From assembly GCA_045605325.1 (NCBI GenBank), contig JAZUPU010000032.1:1506-65505 (forward strand): DNA of 64,000 nucleotides, given 5' to 3'. The stretch's first letter is position 1; each line of letters begins with the position of its first letter. The position numbers were made by a program, and so were the translations under genes. Under the pieces are notes generated by a model. That model was not told the DNA's origin. It worked only from the letters and a program-made list of their open reading frames with translations, and did not search any database. This stretch comes from Elusimicrobiaceae bacterium. GTDB taxonomy: Bacteria; Elusimicrobiota; Elusimicrobia; Elusimicrobiales; Elusimicrobiaceae. Shown piece by piece: positions 1-9,711 of the stretch.

Positions 1-2
1 AA

Positions 3-254
3 TTGTGTTTATCACCTGTCGGACTTTCAATGGTAACAAAACTTTCGCCGGTAAAATTTATTTCTTTATTTATGGGTATTTGGTTTTTGGCAAACTCCGC
101 CGCCGGATGGCTTGCGGGTAAATACTCCGGCTTCTTAGATAAAGATAATTTAACGCAATTCTTTACCTGGCCGGTGATTACGCCGATAGTTGCATCTTTA
201 ATCTTGCTTGTTTTAGTTAAACCTATTAAGCGTTGGATGCACGGCGTAAAATAA
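3..254 (+). CDS. C-terminal fragment of a POT/PTR2-family proton-dependent oligopeptide transporter (5' end outside window)
   Basis: The motif CLSPVGLSMVTKLSPVKF...MGIWFLANSAAGWLAG is typical of the last TM helices of DtpT-like transporters. The ORF is open to the window edge. Confidence 0.7.
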   Translation: MCLSPVGLSMVTKLSPVKFISLFMGIWFLANSAAGWLAGKYSGFLDKDNLTQFFTWPVITPIVASLILLVLVKPIKRWMHGVK

Positions 255-282
255 AATTGAAGTGAAATCAGAGTTTTACAAT

Positions 283-314
283 ACCCACGATAAAACATCG
301 TGGGTATTTTTTTT
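283..314 (+). terminator. Rho-independent terminator after the transporter gene
   Basis: Perfect 9-bp stem acccacgat / atcgtgggt (283-291 / 297-305) with a 5-nt loop, followed by a + T8. Confidence 0.75.
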
Positions 315-328
315 GTAAAATTATATAT

Positions 329-1009
329 ATGCCACAGTATTTAGCAGAAATTAAAGAAAATAATTTTACGCTCTCTAAAGAAGAAGCACACCACTTAAAA
401 GTGGCGCGATACAACGCAGGGCAGGAAATAAAAATTTTTGACGGTTGCGGTAAAAAATATCTCGCACGTTTAACTAGTATGCAAGGCGGGGAAATTATTA
501 AACAAATTCCAAACCGCGAACTTAAAAGAAATATTACACTTTACTTTAGCGCAATTTCCCGCCCCGCGACAGAAGAACTTTTGGACCTTTGCACGCAAGC
601 AGGCGCAAGCACTTTTTGCCCGGTTTTCAGTAAATTTTGCGACGCAAAATTATTAAAAAAATGGGACACTAAACAAGAGCGTTGGGGGCAAATTGTTTTG
701 GCCTCCGCCAAACAATGTGAGATTGCAAAAATACCGCAAATTTTGCCACCGCTTACTTTTGAAAATGCTTTAAAAAATTTAAAAACACCTGCTTTAATTT
801 GTTATGAAGATGAGCAAAAAACATCTATAACAGAACAAATACCGACAGGGAAAGATATTGCTATTTTTATCGGCCCCGAAGGCGGATATGCACAAGAAGA
901 AATAACCCTTGCAAAAATTTACGGTGTAAAACCTGTAACACTAGGTGCAAATATTTTACGTGCGCAAACTGCCGCCGCTTGTGCGGTATGGGCATTGGCT
1001 AATTTATGA
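329..1009 (+). CDS. rsmE: 16S rRNA (uracil1498-N3)-methyltransferase RsmE
   Basis: 226 aa. N-terminal PUA-like region and C-terminal SPOUT motif FIGPEGGY..EE typical of RsmE. ATGA overlap with the next gene. Confidence 0.8.
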   Translation: MPQYLAEIKENNFTLSKEEAHHLKVARYNAGQEIKIFDGCGKKYLARLTSMQGGEIIKQIPNRELKRNITLYFSAISRPATEELLDLCTQAGASTFCPVFSKFCDAKLLKKWDTKQERWGQIVLASAKQCEIAKIPQILPPLTFENALKNLKTPALICYEDEQKTSITEQIPTGKDIAIFIGPEGGYAQEEITLAKIYGVKPVTLGANILRAQTAAACAVWALANL

Positions 1010-2229
1010 AAATTTATATAAAGACATTTGGTTGCCGTGTGAATCAAGTAGAAAGTGAGGCATTACTTGAGGAATTTTTACGCCGCGGATATACCATAAC
1101 AAAAACTCCGCAAGATGCCGATATTTGCCTAATAAACACTTGCTCTGTAACACGCAAAGCAGATAAAGACGCCCTCAAAGAAGCCAACACTATTAAACGC
1201 AAAAACCCAAACGCGCGCTTAATTTTGACAGGTTGTTTTGCAAGGCACGGTGCCAAGGAAATTTTGGATAAAATAAAACAAGCGGAAATTGTGCAAAAGG
1301 AAAATTTACCCCAAGAATTATTTAAACAAAATATTGATTGGACAGTTAAAGAACATCACGGCAAAACACGCGCTTTTGTTAAAATTCAAGACGGGTGCAC
1401 AAATTTTTGCACTTATTGCATTGTGCCTTTTACACGCCCGATTAAAACTTCAAAACCCAAAAAAATTGTGCTTGAGGAAATTAAAACTTTAATTGCAAAC
1501 AATTACAAAGAAATTGTTTTAACGGGCATAAATATCGGTAATTATTTTTGTGCGGAAACAAAAACAAATTTGGCAGGACTTGTTAAAGAAATTTTTGCGT
1601 TGGACGGTGATTTTCGTATACGATTTTCTTCCATAGAATTGCCTACGGTAACTGATGAACTTTTGGAAGTTATTTCAAAAGCCGGAAACAAATTTTGCAA
1701 TTATTTGCATTTGCCTTTACAAAGCGGCTCAAGCAAAGTTTTAAAAGAAATGCACCGCCATTATATTGCTGAGGACTTTGAAAAACGCGTGCAAGAAATA
1801 CGCCACAAAATAAAAGATATTTTTATTTATACTGATATTATTGCCGGCTTCCCGACTGAAACTTTGGAAGATTTTGAAAACTCTGTTAATTTTGTCCGCA
1901 AAATAGGTTTTGCCGGTTTGCATATTTTCAGTTATTCACCGCGCCCTATGACAGCGGCGGCAAAACTGCCGCAAATTGATGTTAAGGAAATAAAACGCCG
2001 TGCCGATATTTTGCGTGAAGAAGATTTTATTTTACGCAAAACTGCCGCCGAAAATTTAATAAACACAACACAAGAAATTTTAGTTGAAGATTTAACTAAA
2101 GACGGCAAATTTCAAATTGCAACTGCGGCAAATTTCCAAAAGGTCTTAGTCCCTTTAAATACCCCCAAAAACACTTTAGTAAAAGTTAAAATCACCAAAG
2201 CCCAAGACGGTGTTTGCTTTGGTAAATAA
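1006..2229 (+). CDS. mtaB: Radical-SAM methylthiotransferase, MtaB-like (MiaB/RimO family)
   Basis: N-terminal UPF0004 motif TFGCRVNQVESE, radical-SAM CTNFCTYC (CxxxCxxC) and a C-terminal TRAM-like region. 407 aa. Confidence 0.75.
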   Translation: MKIYIKTFGCRVNQVESEALLEEFLRRGYTITKTPQDADICLINTCSVTRKADKDALKEANTIKRKNPNARLILTGCFARHGAKEILDKIKQAEIVQKENLPQELFKQNIDWTVKEHHGKTRAFVKIQDGCTNFCTYCIVPFTRPIKTSKPKKIVLEEIKTLIANNYKEIVLTGINIGNYFCAETKTNLAGLVKEIFALDGDFRIRFSSIELPTVTDELLEVISKAGNKFCNYLHLPLQSGSSKVLKEMHRHYIAEDFEKRVQEIRHKIKDIFIYTDIIAGFPTETLEDFENSVNFVRKIGFAGLHIFSYSPRPMTAAAKLPQIDVKEIKRRADILREEDFILRKTAAENLINTTQEILVEDLTKDGKFQIATAANFQKVLVPLNTPKNTLVKVKITKAQDGVCFGK

Positions 2230-2247
2230 AAATTATAAAATATTTTT

Positions 2248-3171
2248 ATGACGTGGTATACTTACTTAATTTTCCCGATAATTGGTTTTATCGGTATGCT
2301 ATGCGGCGGTTTTTGGAGCGTCGGCTGCGGTTGGCTTATAGTGCCCACAATGCTAATTTTCGGGTTTGAACCTTTGGAAGCAGTCGGTGCGGCATTGGTG
2401 CAAATGGTATTTTCAACAGCACCGACAATATTAAAAGAAATGCCAAAACTTTCTTGGAAAAAATATTCAATTATGCGTTCTTTGGCTTTACCTATGGCAA
2501 TAGGTGTTGTTTTAACCGCTTTCAGCGGCCGCTTGATAAATGATTATTTGTATAATAAATTCGGTTCAAAAGCTCTGCTCTGCTTATTTGTTTTTGTAAT
2601 GCTTTTTATCGGCTTTCAAAGTTTATTCGGTAAGACAACAAAAAATCAAAATGAAGAACCGAATATTTCAAAATTACAAAGTATAGTTGCACTTTTTTGC
2701 GGAATGTTTGTTGGGGTTATAAGTTCGGTGCTTGGCATAAGCGGTGCTTTAGTTTTTAGACCGATAATAATAAACGGTTTTAAAATTGCTGAGAAACCGG
2801 CAACGCAAGCAGTACGCTTTTTGCTTTTAGTTGCGACAATAAGCGGCTCTATATTTTACTTATTTTCCGGTGGCAAATTCCATACAAATATTTTATTTTT
2901 AGGTGCACTTATTGCACTTGGCGGGGCTTTCGGTTTTCCGCTTGGGGTTAAATACGGAAGTATAGTTTTAAAAAACGGTTATGTTAAATTTTTACAAAAA
3001 AGTTTTGGTAGCATAATTTTAATAATCATCACGAATGCGATTTTAAATTTGCTTAATTTTGTTGCTTTTAGCCGTTATTTAATGATAATTTGTGCAATAG
3101 TTTTATTTACCGGTATAAATATATTTACTTTTTACGCTGCAAAACATCCGCAGTCAAACTCACAAAATTGA
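2248..3171 (+). CDS. TSUP (TauE/SafE, DUF81) family membrane transporter
   Basis: 307 aa, about 8 predicted TM helices, Gly-rich repeated halves typical of TauE/SafE permeases. Confidence 0.6.
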   Translation: MTWYTYLIFPIIGFIGMLCGGFWSVGCGWLIVPTMLIFGFEPLEAVGAALVQMVFSTAPTILKEMPKLSWKKYSIMRSLALPMAIGVVLTAFSGRLINDYLYNKFGSKALLCLFVFVMLFIGFQSLFGKTTKNQNEEPNISKLQSIVALFCGMFVGVISSVLGISGALVFRPIIINGFKIAEKPATQAVRFLLLVATISGSIFYLFSGGKFHTNILFLGALIALGGAFGFPLGVKYGSIVLKNGYVKFLQKSFGSIILIIITNAILNLLNFVAFSRYLMIICAIVLFTGINIFTFYAAKHPQSNSQN

Positions 3172-3228
3172 TATAATTTATTATAGCTTTAGGGCTAAAC
3201 AATTTGCTGTTTTTGGGGGCATTTGCCG

Positions 3229-3348
3229 CCTTCTTTTAGAAGGAATTCCAAACCAAAAATAGCCGTTTTATCTTTTGTTTTTTATTAAACAAAAGATAGC
3301 GGCTGTTTATTTGAGTGCTTGGAATTCCTCAAATAACAGCCGTTTTTT
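3229..3348 (+). promoter_or_regulatory. Leader with a long antiterminator-like hairpin competing with a terminator; short variant of the leader family at 9712 and 34204
   Basis: Outer arms ggaattccaa (3242-3251) / ttggaattcc (3319-3328), with inner arms atcttttgtt / aacaaaagat and agccg / cggct. Alternative terminator cggctgtttatttgag / ctcaaataacagccg followed by T6 (about 3300-3348). The terminator sequence is homologous to that of copy A. Confidence 0.4.
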
Positions 3349-3369
3349 ATTTTTGAAATCGGAGAATAT

Positions 3370-3483
3370 ATGAAAGAAATATTAATATTATTTTGTTTTT
3401 TTGCAGTTATGTTTTTGGCTTTTTATTCTGTATATTTAATTGCTAAACACGACAGAGAAAAGAATAAAATAAGGTTTAAGTAA
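3370..3483 (+). CDS. Possible 37-aa single-TM small protein (MKEILILFCFFAVMFLAFYSVYLIAKHDREKNKIRFK)
   Basis: GGAG at 3361-3364 lies 5 nt before the ATG. Hydrophobic helix plus a basic tail. Sits directly downstream of the switch-like leader and is below the ORF-track length cutoff. Confidence 0.35.
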   Translation: MKEILILFCFFAVMFLAFYSVYLIAKHDREKNKIRFK

Positions 3484-3834
3484 TTACTTCTTAAAAATCA
3501 AAAATGCCGCACAAATAATTAAGGCAAAACCGATATAATGATTCCAACGTAAATCTTCTTTAAGGTAAGTTATGCTGAATACGGCGAAAACAATAAGTGT
3601 AATAATTTCCTGCATACCTTTAAGTTGCGGTGCACTGTAATACATATGCCCTATACGGTTTGCCGGAATCAAAAAACAATATTCAAAAAATGCTATTAAC
3701 CAACTTGTAAGAACAATAATCCAAACGGCTTTATCTTTAAAACGCAAATGACCGTACCAGGCAAAAGTCATAAAAATATTTGAAATTGTCAATAAAATTA
3801 TAGGTTTGTACATAAGGGGTAAAAAATTAATCAC
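3484..3834 (-). CDS. DMT-superfamily small membrane protein (DUF486-like)
   Basis: 116 aa, 4 TM helices, motif SNIFMTFAWYGHLRFKD characteristic of DUF486. Overlaps the tolB end by 8 nt. Confidence 0.6.
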   Translation of the reverse strand: MINFLPLMYKPIILLTISNIFMTFAWYGHLRFKDKAVWIIVLTSWLIAFFEYCFLIPANRIGHMYYSAPQLKGMQEIITLIVFAVFSITYLKEDLRWNHYIGFALIICAAFLIFKK

Positions 3835-5119
3835 TCCAACTTGGGGTAAAAGAGTTTCCTTTAATATTAGCGACTAAATGCTGTGCGCTACCGTCGGCAT
3901 CCATAACATAAATTTGACGTTTACCTGCACGATTCGTTGTAAATGCTATAAAACGCCCATCGGGGGACCACCAAGGATCTTCATTAGAACCACTATCAGC
4001 TGTAAGTTGCCTGATTTGACCGCCGGTAATATCAACTAAGAAAATATCTATCGGGTGATTAGCATCTTGACGTCCGGCAAAAGCAATCCAATCACCGTTT
4101 GGAGACCATTGTGGGGAGTCCGTCCAGTTAAATCTGGTTAAGCGGCGTGTTTGTTTTGTTTCAAGATTCATAATATAAATTTGTGGGTTACCTGCACGAT
4201 TTGAAACGAAAGTAACAAATTTACCGTCAGGTGAAAATGATGGTGAGCCGTCAACACCGTATTTATCAGTAAGTTGTAAAACACGACCGCTTGAAAGTTC
4301 TTTTAAATAAATACTTGGGTTTTCCCCGCGGGATAAAGTCATAACCAATTTTCTGCTATCCGGGGAGACACCGCCAACTAAATTTAAGCCCTTTTCTTTT
4401 ACTACTGCGGAAATTTCCCCTTCTTTTAAATCAACCATATAAATTTGCGGATTACCGTTACGGTAAGTTGTATAATAAAGTTTTGTACCGTTATTACCCC
4501 AACGCGGTAAAAGGGAAATGGACCTGTCATTTGTAAGTTTTGTTAAATTATAACCGTCATAATCAACGAAATAAATTTCTTTCCTGCCGGTACTGTCATT
4601 AGCAAAGGCAATTTTTGTTGTTGAAAGTCCACGTTTACCTGTGAGCATCTTTATAATTTGGTCGGCAAACATATGGGCGCTTCTTCTTATACTTCTTGAC
4701 GGAACTGTAAAGCTTTTACCAAGAAGAGCTTTTTTACCTGAAGTATCATACAAAAATGCCTTTATTTGCCAAGTGTCCTCCATATCGGTTGGAACAAAAT
4801 TGAAAAAGACATAGTATAAAATATTTTGCTTTTCAAGTGTTGAAAGTTGAGGTCCTAAAGAAGAAACTTTAGCAGGGGCGGTATCAGCAATATCAAAATA
4901 ACGGGAACGGTACAAATCGCTCCTTAAAACCTCGGCGAAAAGATCTGTATATTTTTTTTCATCTTCAGTTGTATCTTGTGTATAAACATTAGCGGCAAGC
5001 CCGATTTTCGGTAAATCATTGGGGTTATATCTTGAAGAAAGGCCGATATAAACATCACTTTCCCTTGCAAATAAAAAGACGGGGAGTAAAAGAAAAATGG
5101 ATAATAAAAATTTTTTCAT
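3827..5119 (-). CDS. tolB: Tol-Pal system beta-propeller protein TolB
   Basis: 430 aa with a signal peptide. Repeated PxxSPDG/WSPDG blades (SPSFSPDGKF, SPQWSPNGDW, DPWWSPDGRF). Confidence 0.85.
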   Translation of the reverse strand: MKKFLLSIFLLLPVFLFARESDVYIGLSSRYNPNDLPKIGLAANVYTQDTTEDEKKYTDLFAEVLRSDLYRSRYFDIADTAPAKVSSLGPQLSTLEKQNILYYVFFNFVPTDMEDTWQIKAFLYDTSGKKALLGKSFTVPSRSIRRSAHMFADQIIKMLTGKRGLSTTKIAFANDSTGRKEIYFVDYDGYNLTKLTNDRSISLLPRWGNNGTKLYYTTYRNGNPQIYMVDLKEGEISAVVKEKGLNLVGGVSPDSRKLVMTLSRGENPSIYLKELSSGRVLQLTDKYGVDGSPSFSPDGKFVTFVSNRAGNPQIYIMNLETKQTRRLTRFNWTDSPQWSPNGDWIAFAGRQDANHPIDIFLVDITGGQIRQLTADSGSNEDPWWSPDGRFIAFTTNRAGKRQIYVMDADGSAQHLVANIKGNSFTPSWSD

Positions 5120-5791
5120 TTATTTAAGACCTTTCAAAATCGCAGGTACTTCTTTAGCAGCTTTAGATTTAGGATAATCTTGGGTAATAGATTTTAAATA
5201 ATTTTTTGCTTCATCTTTCTTTCCTAAAGGAATTATACTTTTTGCATAAACAAGACGTGCACCGGCCACGAAATTTCCTTTCGGGAATTTTTCCATTAAA
5301 GTAGCTGCTGTTATTGCGGCGGAAGTATAATCTTCTTTCTCTAAATAAATTTTTGCGATATTTAAGTATGCTTCTTCGGCTGATGCACCGCGGGATTCGG
5401 TGGCTTTTAAGTAAAGCCCATAGCCCTGCAAAGCGGCATCATACTGTTTGTTTTCAAATTGTTTTTTTGCCTGTGAATAAATTTCAGAAGGAAGAACAGT
5501 GGTATTAGATTTTTTTACTAAAGCTTCCAAGTTATCAAGTTTAGTATTTAGATCATCAATTTTATATTCAAAATTTTCTAAATTATCTGTTGCTTGTGTA
5601 AGGCGGCCGATAAGCTCTTCCATTTGCACGGCATTATCAGCTTGGTTCTTTTGTAAATCTTGAACCGTTTTATTAAGTTGGGAAATTTGTAATTTTAAAA
5701 TTTGTGTATCTTCTTGCGTTGCTAAACAACCGCAAAAAAGAAAAGAGGCACATCCTACCAAAAGAAATGATTTTAAAAATTTTCCGTTCAT
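5120..5791 (-). CDS. cpoB: YbgF/CpoB-like Tol-Pal associated protein (coiled coil + TPR)
   Basis: Signal/lipobox-like N-terminus, a coiled-coil segment, then a TPR-like C-terminus. Lies between pal and tolB. Confidence 0.5.
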   Translation of the reverse strand: MNGKFLKSFLLVGCASFLFCGCLATQEDTQILKLQISQLNKTVQDLQKNQADNAVQMEELIGRLTQATDNLENFEYKIDDLNTKLDNLEALVKKSNTTVLPSEIYSQAKKQFENKQYDAALQGYGLYLKATESRGASAEEAYLNIAKIYLEKEDYTSAAITAATLMEKFPKGNFVAGARLVYAKSIIPLGKKDEAKNYLKSITQDYPKSKAAKEVPAILKGLK

Positions 5792-5810
5792 AAAATGTAC
5801 CTCCTTTAAA

Positions 5811-6323
5811 CTATTTGGCAGAAACTACTGTATCTGCTCTTCTGTTTTTTGCCCAGCAAGCTTCTGTTTGATCAGAGCAAAGCGGGTTTTCTTCACCGTA
5901 AGAAACGGTGTTAATATAATCTGCGTTGATACCGAGTTTAATATAATAATCTCTTACTTCATTGGCTCTTTTTTGACCTAAAGCGATATTATAAGAAATA
6001 GTACCTCTATCATCACAGTTACCTTCTACTGTAATATTTTTAATGCCTTTGAGTTTCAAAATTTCGGCATTTGCGCTTAAAATGTTTCTTGCACCTTTTG
6101 ACAAGGAATATTCATTTAAAGCAAAAAATACAGGTGCTAAATTGGCTTCAGCATTATTAACTGCATCGGTAACAACTTCCCCCTCCTCTACGACTATGGC
6201 ATCATAGTTAGAGTCGGCTGCGGCTTGTAAATCTGCTGCGGCATCAGCTTTTGCATTTTTACTGCAAGCTGCTAAACCGAGAGCAAGCCCTAAGACAAGC
6301 ATTAAGCTTAATGTTTTTTTCAT
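5811..6323 (-). CDS. pal: Peptidoglycan-associated lipoprotein Pal (OmpA-C domain)
   Basis: Lipobox LGLAAC. OmpA-like domain with NCDDRGT..YNIALGQKRA..V and RRAD. Confidence 0.8.
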   Translation of the reverse strand: MKKTLSLMLVLGLALGLAACSKNAKADAAADLQAAADSNYDAIVVEEGEVVTDAVNNAEANLAPVFFALNEYSLSKGARNILSANAEILKLKGIKNITVEGNCDDRGTISYNIALGQKRANEVRDYYIKLGINADYINTVSYGEENPLCSDQTEACWAKNRRADTVVSAK

Positions 6324-6380
6324 ATACGTCCTCCGTAAATATATAATACTAATTTAATGCAAAACAAGTCAATAAAATTT

Positions 6381-6535
6381 TAGAGGAATGTTCTACAATT
6401 TTCATTCTTTACCGTCTAATTTTTTGGTAAATTTTGATTTTTCTACTCCTAAAGTACTGAGTTCACTCCCGTTTTTCTTGGTACTTGTCGTCACAGTAAA
6501 AATTAAAATTTACTTCAAATTATCAAAGGTTATGG
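6381..6535 (-). repeat. MITE/REP-like palindromic repeat, family 1 (copy a, inverted relative to copies b/c)
   Basis: Termini aaattttgattttt ... aaaaattaaaattt and inner arms gtactttaggag / cttggtac. Aligns along its length with 28189-28345, 51963-52125 and 49985-50115. Confidence 0.7.
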
Positions 6536-6559
6536 GAACTGATATAAAATTTTTCTTAA

Positions 6560-9500
6560 TTATAAAATATTTTTTAAAGTATTTAAAATTTGTTTAACTT
6601 CGGTTAATTTATTGTTTTGCGAGGCAAAAATTCTAAAACCGTCGCCGTTAGATGCTTGCAAAAATTCTATTTTCCCTGCAAAAGTTTGCATTATTTTTGC
6701 AAGTGATTCTTGCGGTATCTGTGCATTCCTTGCAAGGTAAAAATCATAAAATTTTGCGCCGGCTTCAATGGCGCGTATTTTTATTTCTCCCGCATCGGCA
6801 GAAATTTGCATAATCTCAATTAAGTTATTTAATTCTTTTGGAGCAGGACCGCATAAATCTTCTATTTTTTGTTTGAGTTTTTGTTTTGTTTCCGCATCAG
6901 TTTCCAAAAAATCTTTATAGAATTTCAAACGTTCTTCATCACTCGGCAAATAGTCCGGCGCAATAAAAGCCGGTATACCTAAATTAACTGTCGCATACAT
7001 TTTGCGGATAACCGGTTCTCCGCGTAATTTTTTAACTTCGTTTGCAACCAAATCGCAATAAAGAGAAAGCCCGACGGCATTTACATAACCGTGTTGCCTA
7101 ATACCTAGTAAATCACCTCCGCCGCGAATTTCCAAATCACGTAAAGCAAGTTTAAAACCGCTGCCGAGTTCACTAAATTCAAGCAAAGCGGATAAACGTT
7201 TTTGCGCCTCTGCATATGAGGGTTTATTTTTCTTTTTAGGGAAATAAAAATCTTCCGGGTTAAAATCTTCTTCGCGCTTATTTAAAATCCAAGACGGTGC
7301 AAGTAAATAACAATATGCTTTTTTATTTCCGCGCCCGATTCTGCCGCGCAACTGATAAAGTTGTGCAAGCCCGAAATTTTGCGGATTTTCCACAATCAAA
7401 GTATTTGCATTTGTAACATCAAGCCCACTTTCCACGATAGTAGAGCAAAGCAAAACATCATATTTTTTATTGTAAAAATCCCACAAAGTTTTTTCAAGTT
7501 CTTGTTCAGGCATTTGACCGTGTGCGCAAATTATTTTTATTTCCGGCATAAGTTTTTGTAAATACTCGCGCTTTTCTTCCATAGTGGCAACTGTATTAAA
7601 AAGATAAAAAACCTGACCGCCGCGCGCAAGTTCCTGGCGAACGGCATTAGTTACAATGCTGTCTTCATAGGCACACAAGAAAGTTTTAATAGGCATACGG
7701 CCTTGCGGCGCAGTTTGAATAATTGACATTTGCCTTAATGCCGATAAAGATTGGTTTAAAGTGCGCGGTATCGGCGTTGCGGAAAGCATTAAAGTATGTA
7801 CGCCGACGCTTTTAGCTTTAATCTTTTCTTTTTGCTTGACACCGAAGCGGTGTTCTTCATCAACAATACACAAACCTAAATTTTTAAAAATAACATCTTT
7901 TGAAAGCAAACGGTGCGTACCCACAACGATATCCACTTTGCCGTTTTTAATATTTTCCACAACTTTTTTTTGCTCAGTTTTTGTTTGAAAACGACTTAAC
8001 ATTTCAATATTAATAGGGTATGCCTGCAAACGTTCTTTAAAAGTTTTAAAATGTTGGCTTGCAAGAACTGTCGTCGGCACCAAAACAAGAACTTGCTTGT
8101 TACTTAAAACAGCACGCAAAGCAGCGCGTATTGCAACTTCCGTTTTCCCAAAACCTACATCGCCGATAAGCACACGGTCCATAGGAATATCTTTATTAAG
8201 ATCCTGCATAATTTCATTGATAGCTTGGTTTTGATCATCTGTTTCTTGATAAGGAAAAGAGTCAGCAAATTCCCTTTCCAAATGTTCATTACCGAGTAAA
8301 ATATCTGCCTTATGCGCACTACGCAAAGCAGCGGCCTGTAAAATTTCTTTAGCAACTTTTTGAGCATCTTCTTTAACCCGTTTTTTTACTTCCTTCCAAG
8401 TGGTTGTGTTTAATGAAGAAATTTTAGGTGCACGTCCTTTTAAGCCGATGTATTTTTGCACTTTTCTAAAATCGTGCAAAGGAACATATAATTTTTGCGA
8501 ACCTTTAAATTCAATTAACAGGCAATCAAGCGGTAAATCATTTTCATTTAAAGTAATCAGCCCACCGTAACGCCCTATACCGTGTTCTTGATGGACCACA
8601 TAATCCCCGATTTCAAGTTCTTTAAAGCGTACATATTTAGAAGAAGTTTTATCAAATTTTTCTGCAAAATTTGTTTGTTTGTACGAGTGTTTTAAAAGTT
8701 GTGCCGAAGTAAAAAAAGCAAAATTTTCCTTAGTACTGTAAAACCCTTCTTGCAAAGGGGCTACACTGATACTTAAGGTTTTTAATCCGTCATAATCTTG
8801 GAAAACTTCTGTTAATCTTTCCATTTCCCCTTTATTTAAACAAAAGAAAGTGCTTTGAATATTTTTCTTGTTTAAGTTTAAAATTTCGCTATCAAACAAA
8901 GCAAAGTTTGCTTTAAAATCAAGCGGCGAACGCAAAAAACTGTCAACCCCATTTTCTGGAGGTAAATCGGTTAAAATTGTGGCTTCATTTTCTTGCAAAA
9001 ATTCTTGGGGCGGCTCAAAATAAAAATTATTAAAATCTTGCAACCAACGCGATAAAGTTGATGGTTTGACCTCAAATTCAAAAGGCAAAATTAAAATATC
9101 TTCAGCGGCGGAAATAGTATTTTGAGTATCCAAATCAAATACGGAAATTTGTTCTATTGTGTTTGCTTTAAAATATAGGCGAACAGGTTTTGCTGAGTTT
9201 ATCGGAAAGATATCAAGTACGCTGCCACGCACGGCATAATCGGCAGGGGTTTCGGTGAAATCCACACGTTTATAATTTAGTTTATTTAAAGTGTTTAAAA
9301 ATTCTGCACGGTTAATTGTTTGCCCTCTTTGCAATTTAAAAACTTGGGAATTAAAATCTTTTTTCCCGGCAACTTCTTGCTTTAAAGCTTCGTAAGTTGT
9401 AGCAATAAATAAAGGTTTATCGTTTTTTGAAATAGCTTCCAAAGCGGAGTATAAAGAAAATTTATCCTCGTAAATTGTTAAGAATTTACAACCGGTGTTT

Positions 9501-9646
9501 GTAGCAAAAGTTTGATAAGCGGCTTCAAAAATTTCAATTTCTTCTTCGCTATTACAGACAAAAAGAGTGCGTGCGCTTTTTTGTTTTAATACATTTATTA
9601 TAAAAAAAGCACTTGCGGAAATATTAGGAACATACACAGTTGCCAT
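6560..9646 (-). CDS. mfd: Transcription-repair coupling factor Mfd
   Basis: 1028 aa. CarD/RID-like region (YVVHQEHGIGRY), SF2 helicase motifs (GDVGFGKTEVA, DEEHRFG, SATPIPRT) and a TRG region. Confidence 0.95.
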   Translation of the reverse strand: MATVYVPNISASAFFIINVLKQKSARTLFVCNSEEEIEIFEAAYQTFATNTGCKFLTIYEDKFSLYSALEAISKNDKPLFIATTYEALKQEVAGKKDFNSQVFKLQRGQTINRAEFLNTLNKLNYKRVDFTETPADYAVRGSVLDIFPINSAKPVRLYFKANTIEQISVFDLDTQNTISAAEDILILPFEFEVKPSTLSRWLQDFNNFYFEPPQEFLQENEATILTDLPPENGVDSFLRSPLDFKANFALFDSEILNLNKKNIQSTFFCLNKGEMERLTEVFQDYDGLKTLSISVAPLQEGFYSTKENFAFFTSAQLLKHSYKQTNFAEKFDKTSSKYVRFKELEIGDYVVHQEHGIGRYGGLITLNENDLPLDCLLIEFKGSQKLYVPLHDFRKVQKYIGLKGRAPKISSLNTTTWKEVKKRVKEDAQKVAKEILQAAALRSAHKADILLGNEHLEREFADSFPYQETDDQNQAINEIMQDLNKDIPMDRVLIGDVGFGKTEVAIRAALRAVLSNKQVLVLVPTTVLASQHFKTFKERLQAYPINIEMLSRFQTKTEQKKVVENIKNGKVDIVVGTHRLLSKDVIFKNLGLCIVDEEHRFGVKQKEKIKAKSVGVHTLMLSATPIPRTLNQSLSALRQMSIIQTAPQGRMPIKTFLCAYEDSIVTNAVRQELARGGQVFYLFNTVATMEEKREYLQKLMPEIKIICAHGQMPEQELEKTLWDFYNKKYDVLLCSTIVESGLDVTNANTLIVENPQNFGLAQLYQLRGRIGRGNKKAYCYLLAPSWILNKREEDFNPEDFYFPKKKNKPSYAEAQKRLSALLEFSELGSGFKLALRDLEIRGGGDLLGIRQHGYVNAVGLSLYCDLVANEVKKLRGEPVIRKMYATVNLGIPAFIAPDYLPSDEERLKFYKDFLETDAETKQKLKQKIEDLCGPAPKELNNLIEIMQISADAGEIKIRAIEAGAKFYDFYLARNAQIPQESLAKIMQTFAGKIEFLQASNGDGFRIFASQNNKLTEVKQILNTLKNIL

Positions 9647-9711
9647 ATATAAATGATAGCAAAATTTGTAATTTAATACTAAAAATACAACTCAAAAATA
9701 ATTATCATATT

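Noticed and set aside
6388-6597. Short ORFs at 6388-6597, 10467-10727, 28069-28347, 33916-34128, 49977-50177 and 51877-52077
   Set aside because: All of them are read through family-1 or family-2 repeat elements. Their shared peptide fragments come from the repeated DNA in either orientation, not from conserved proteins.
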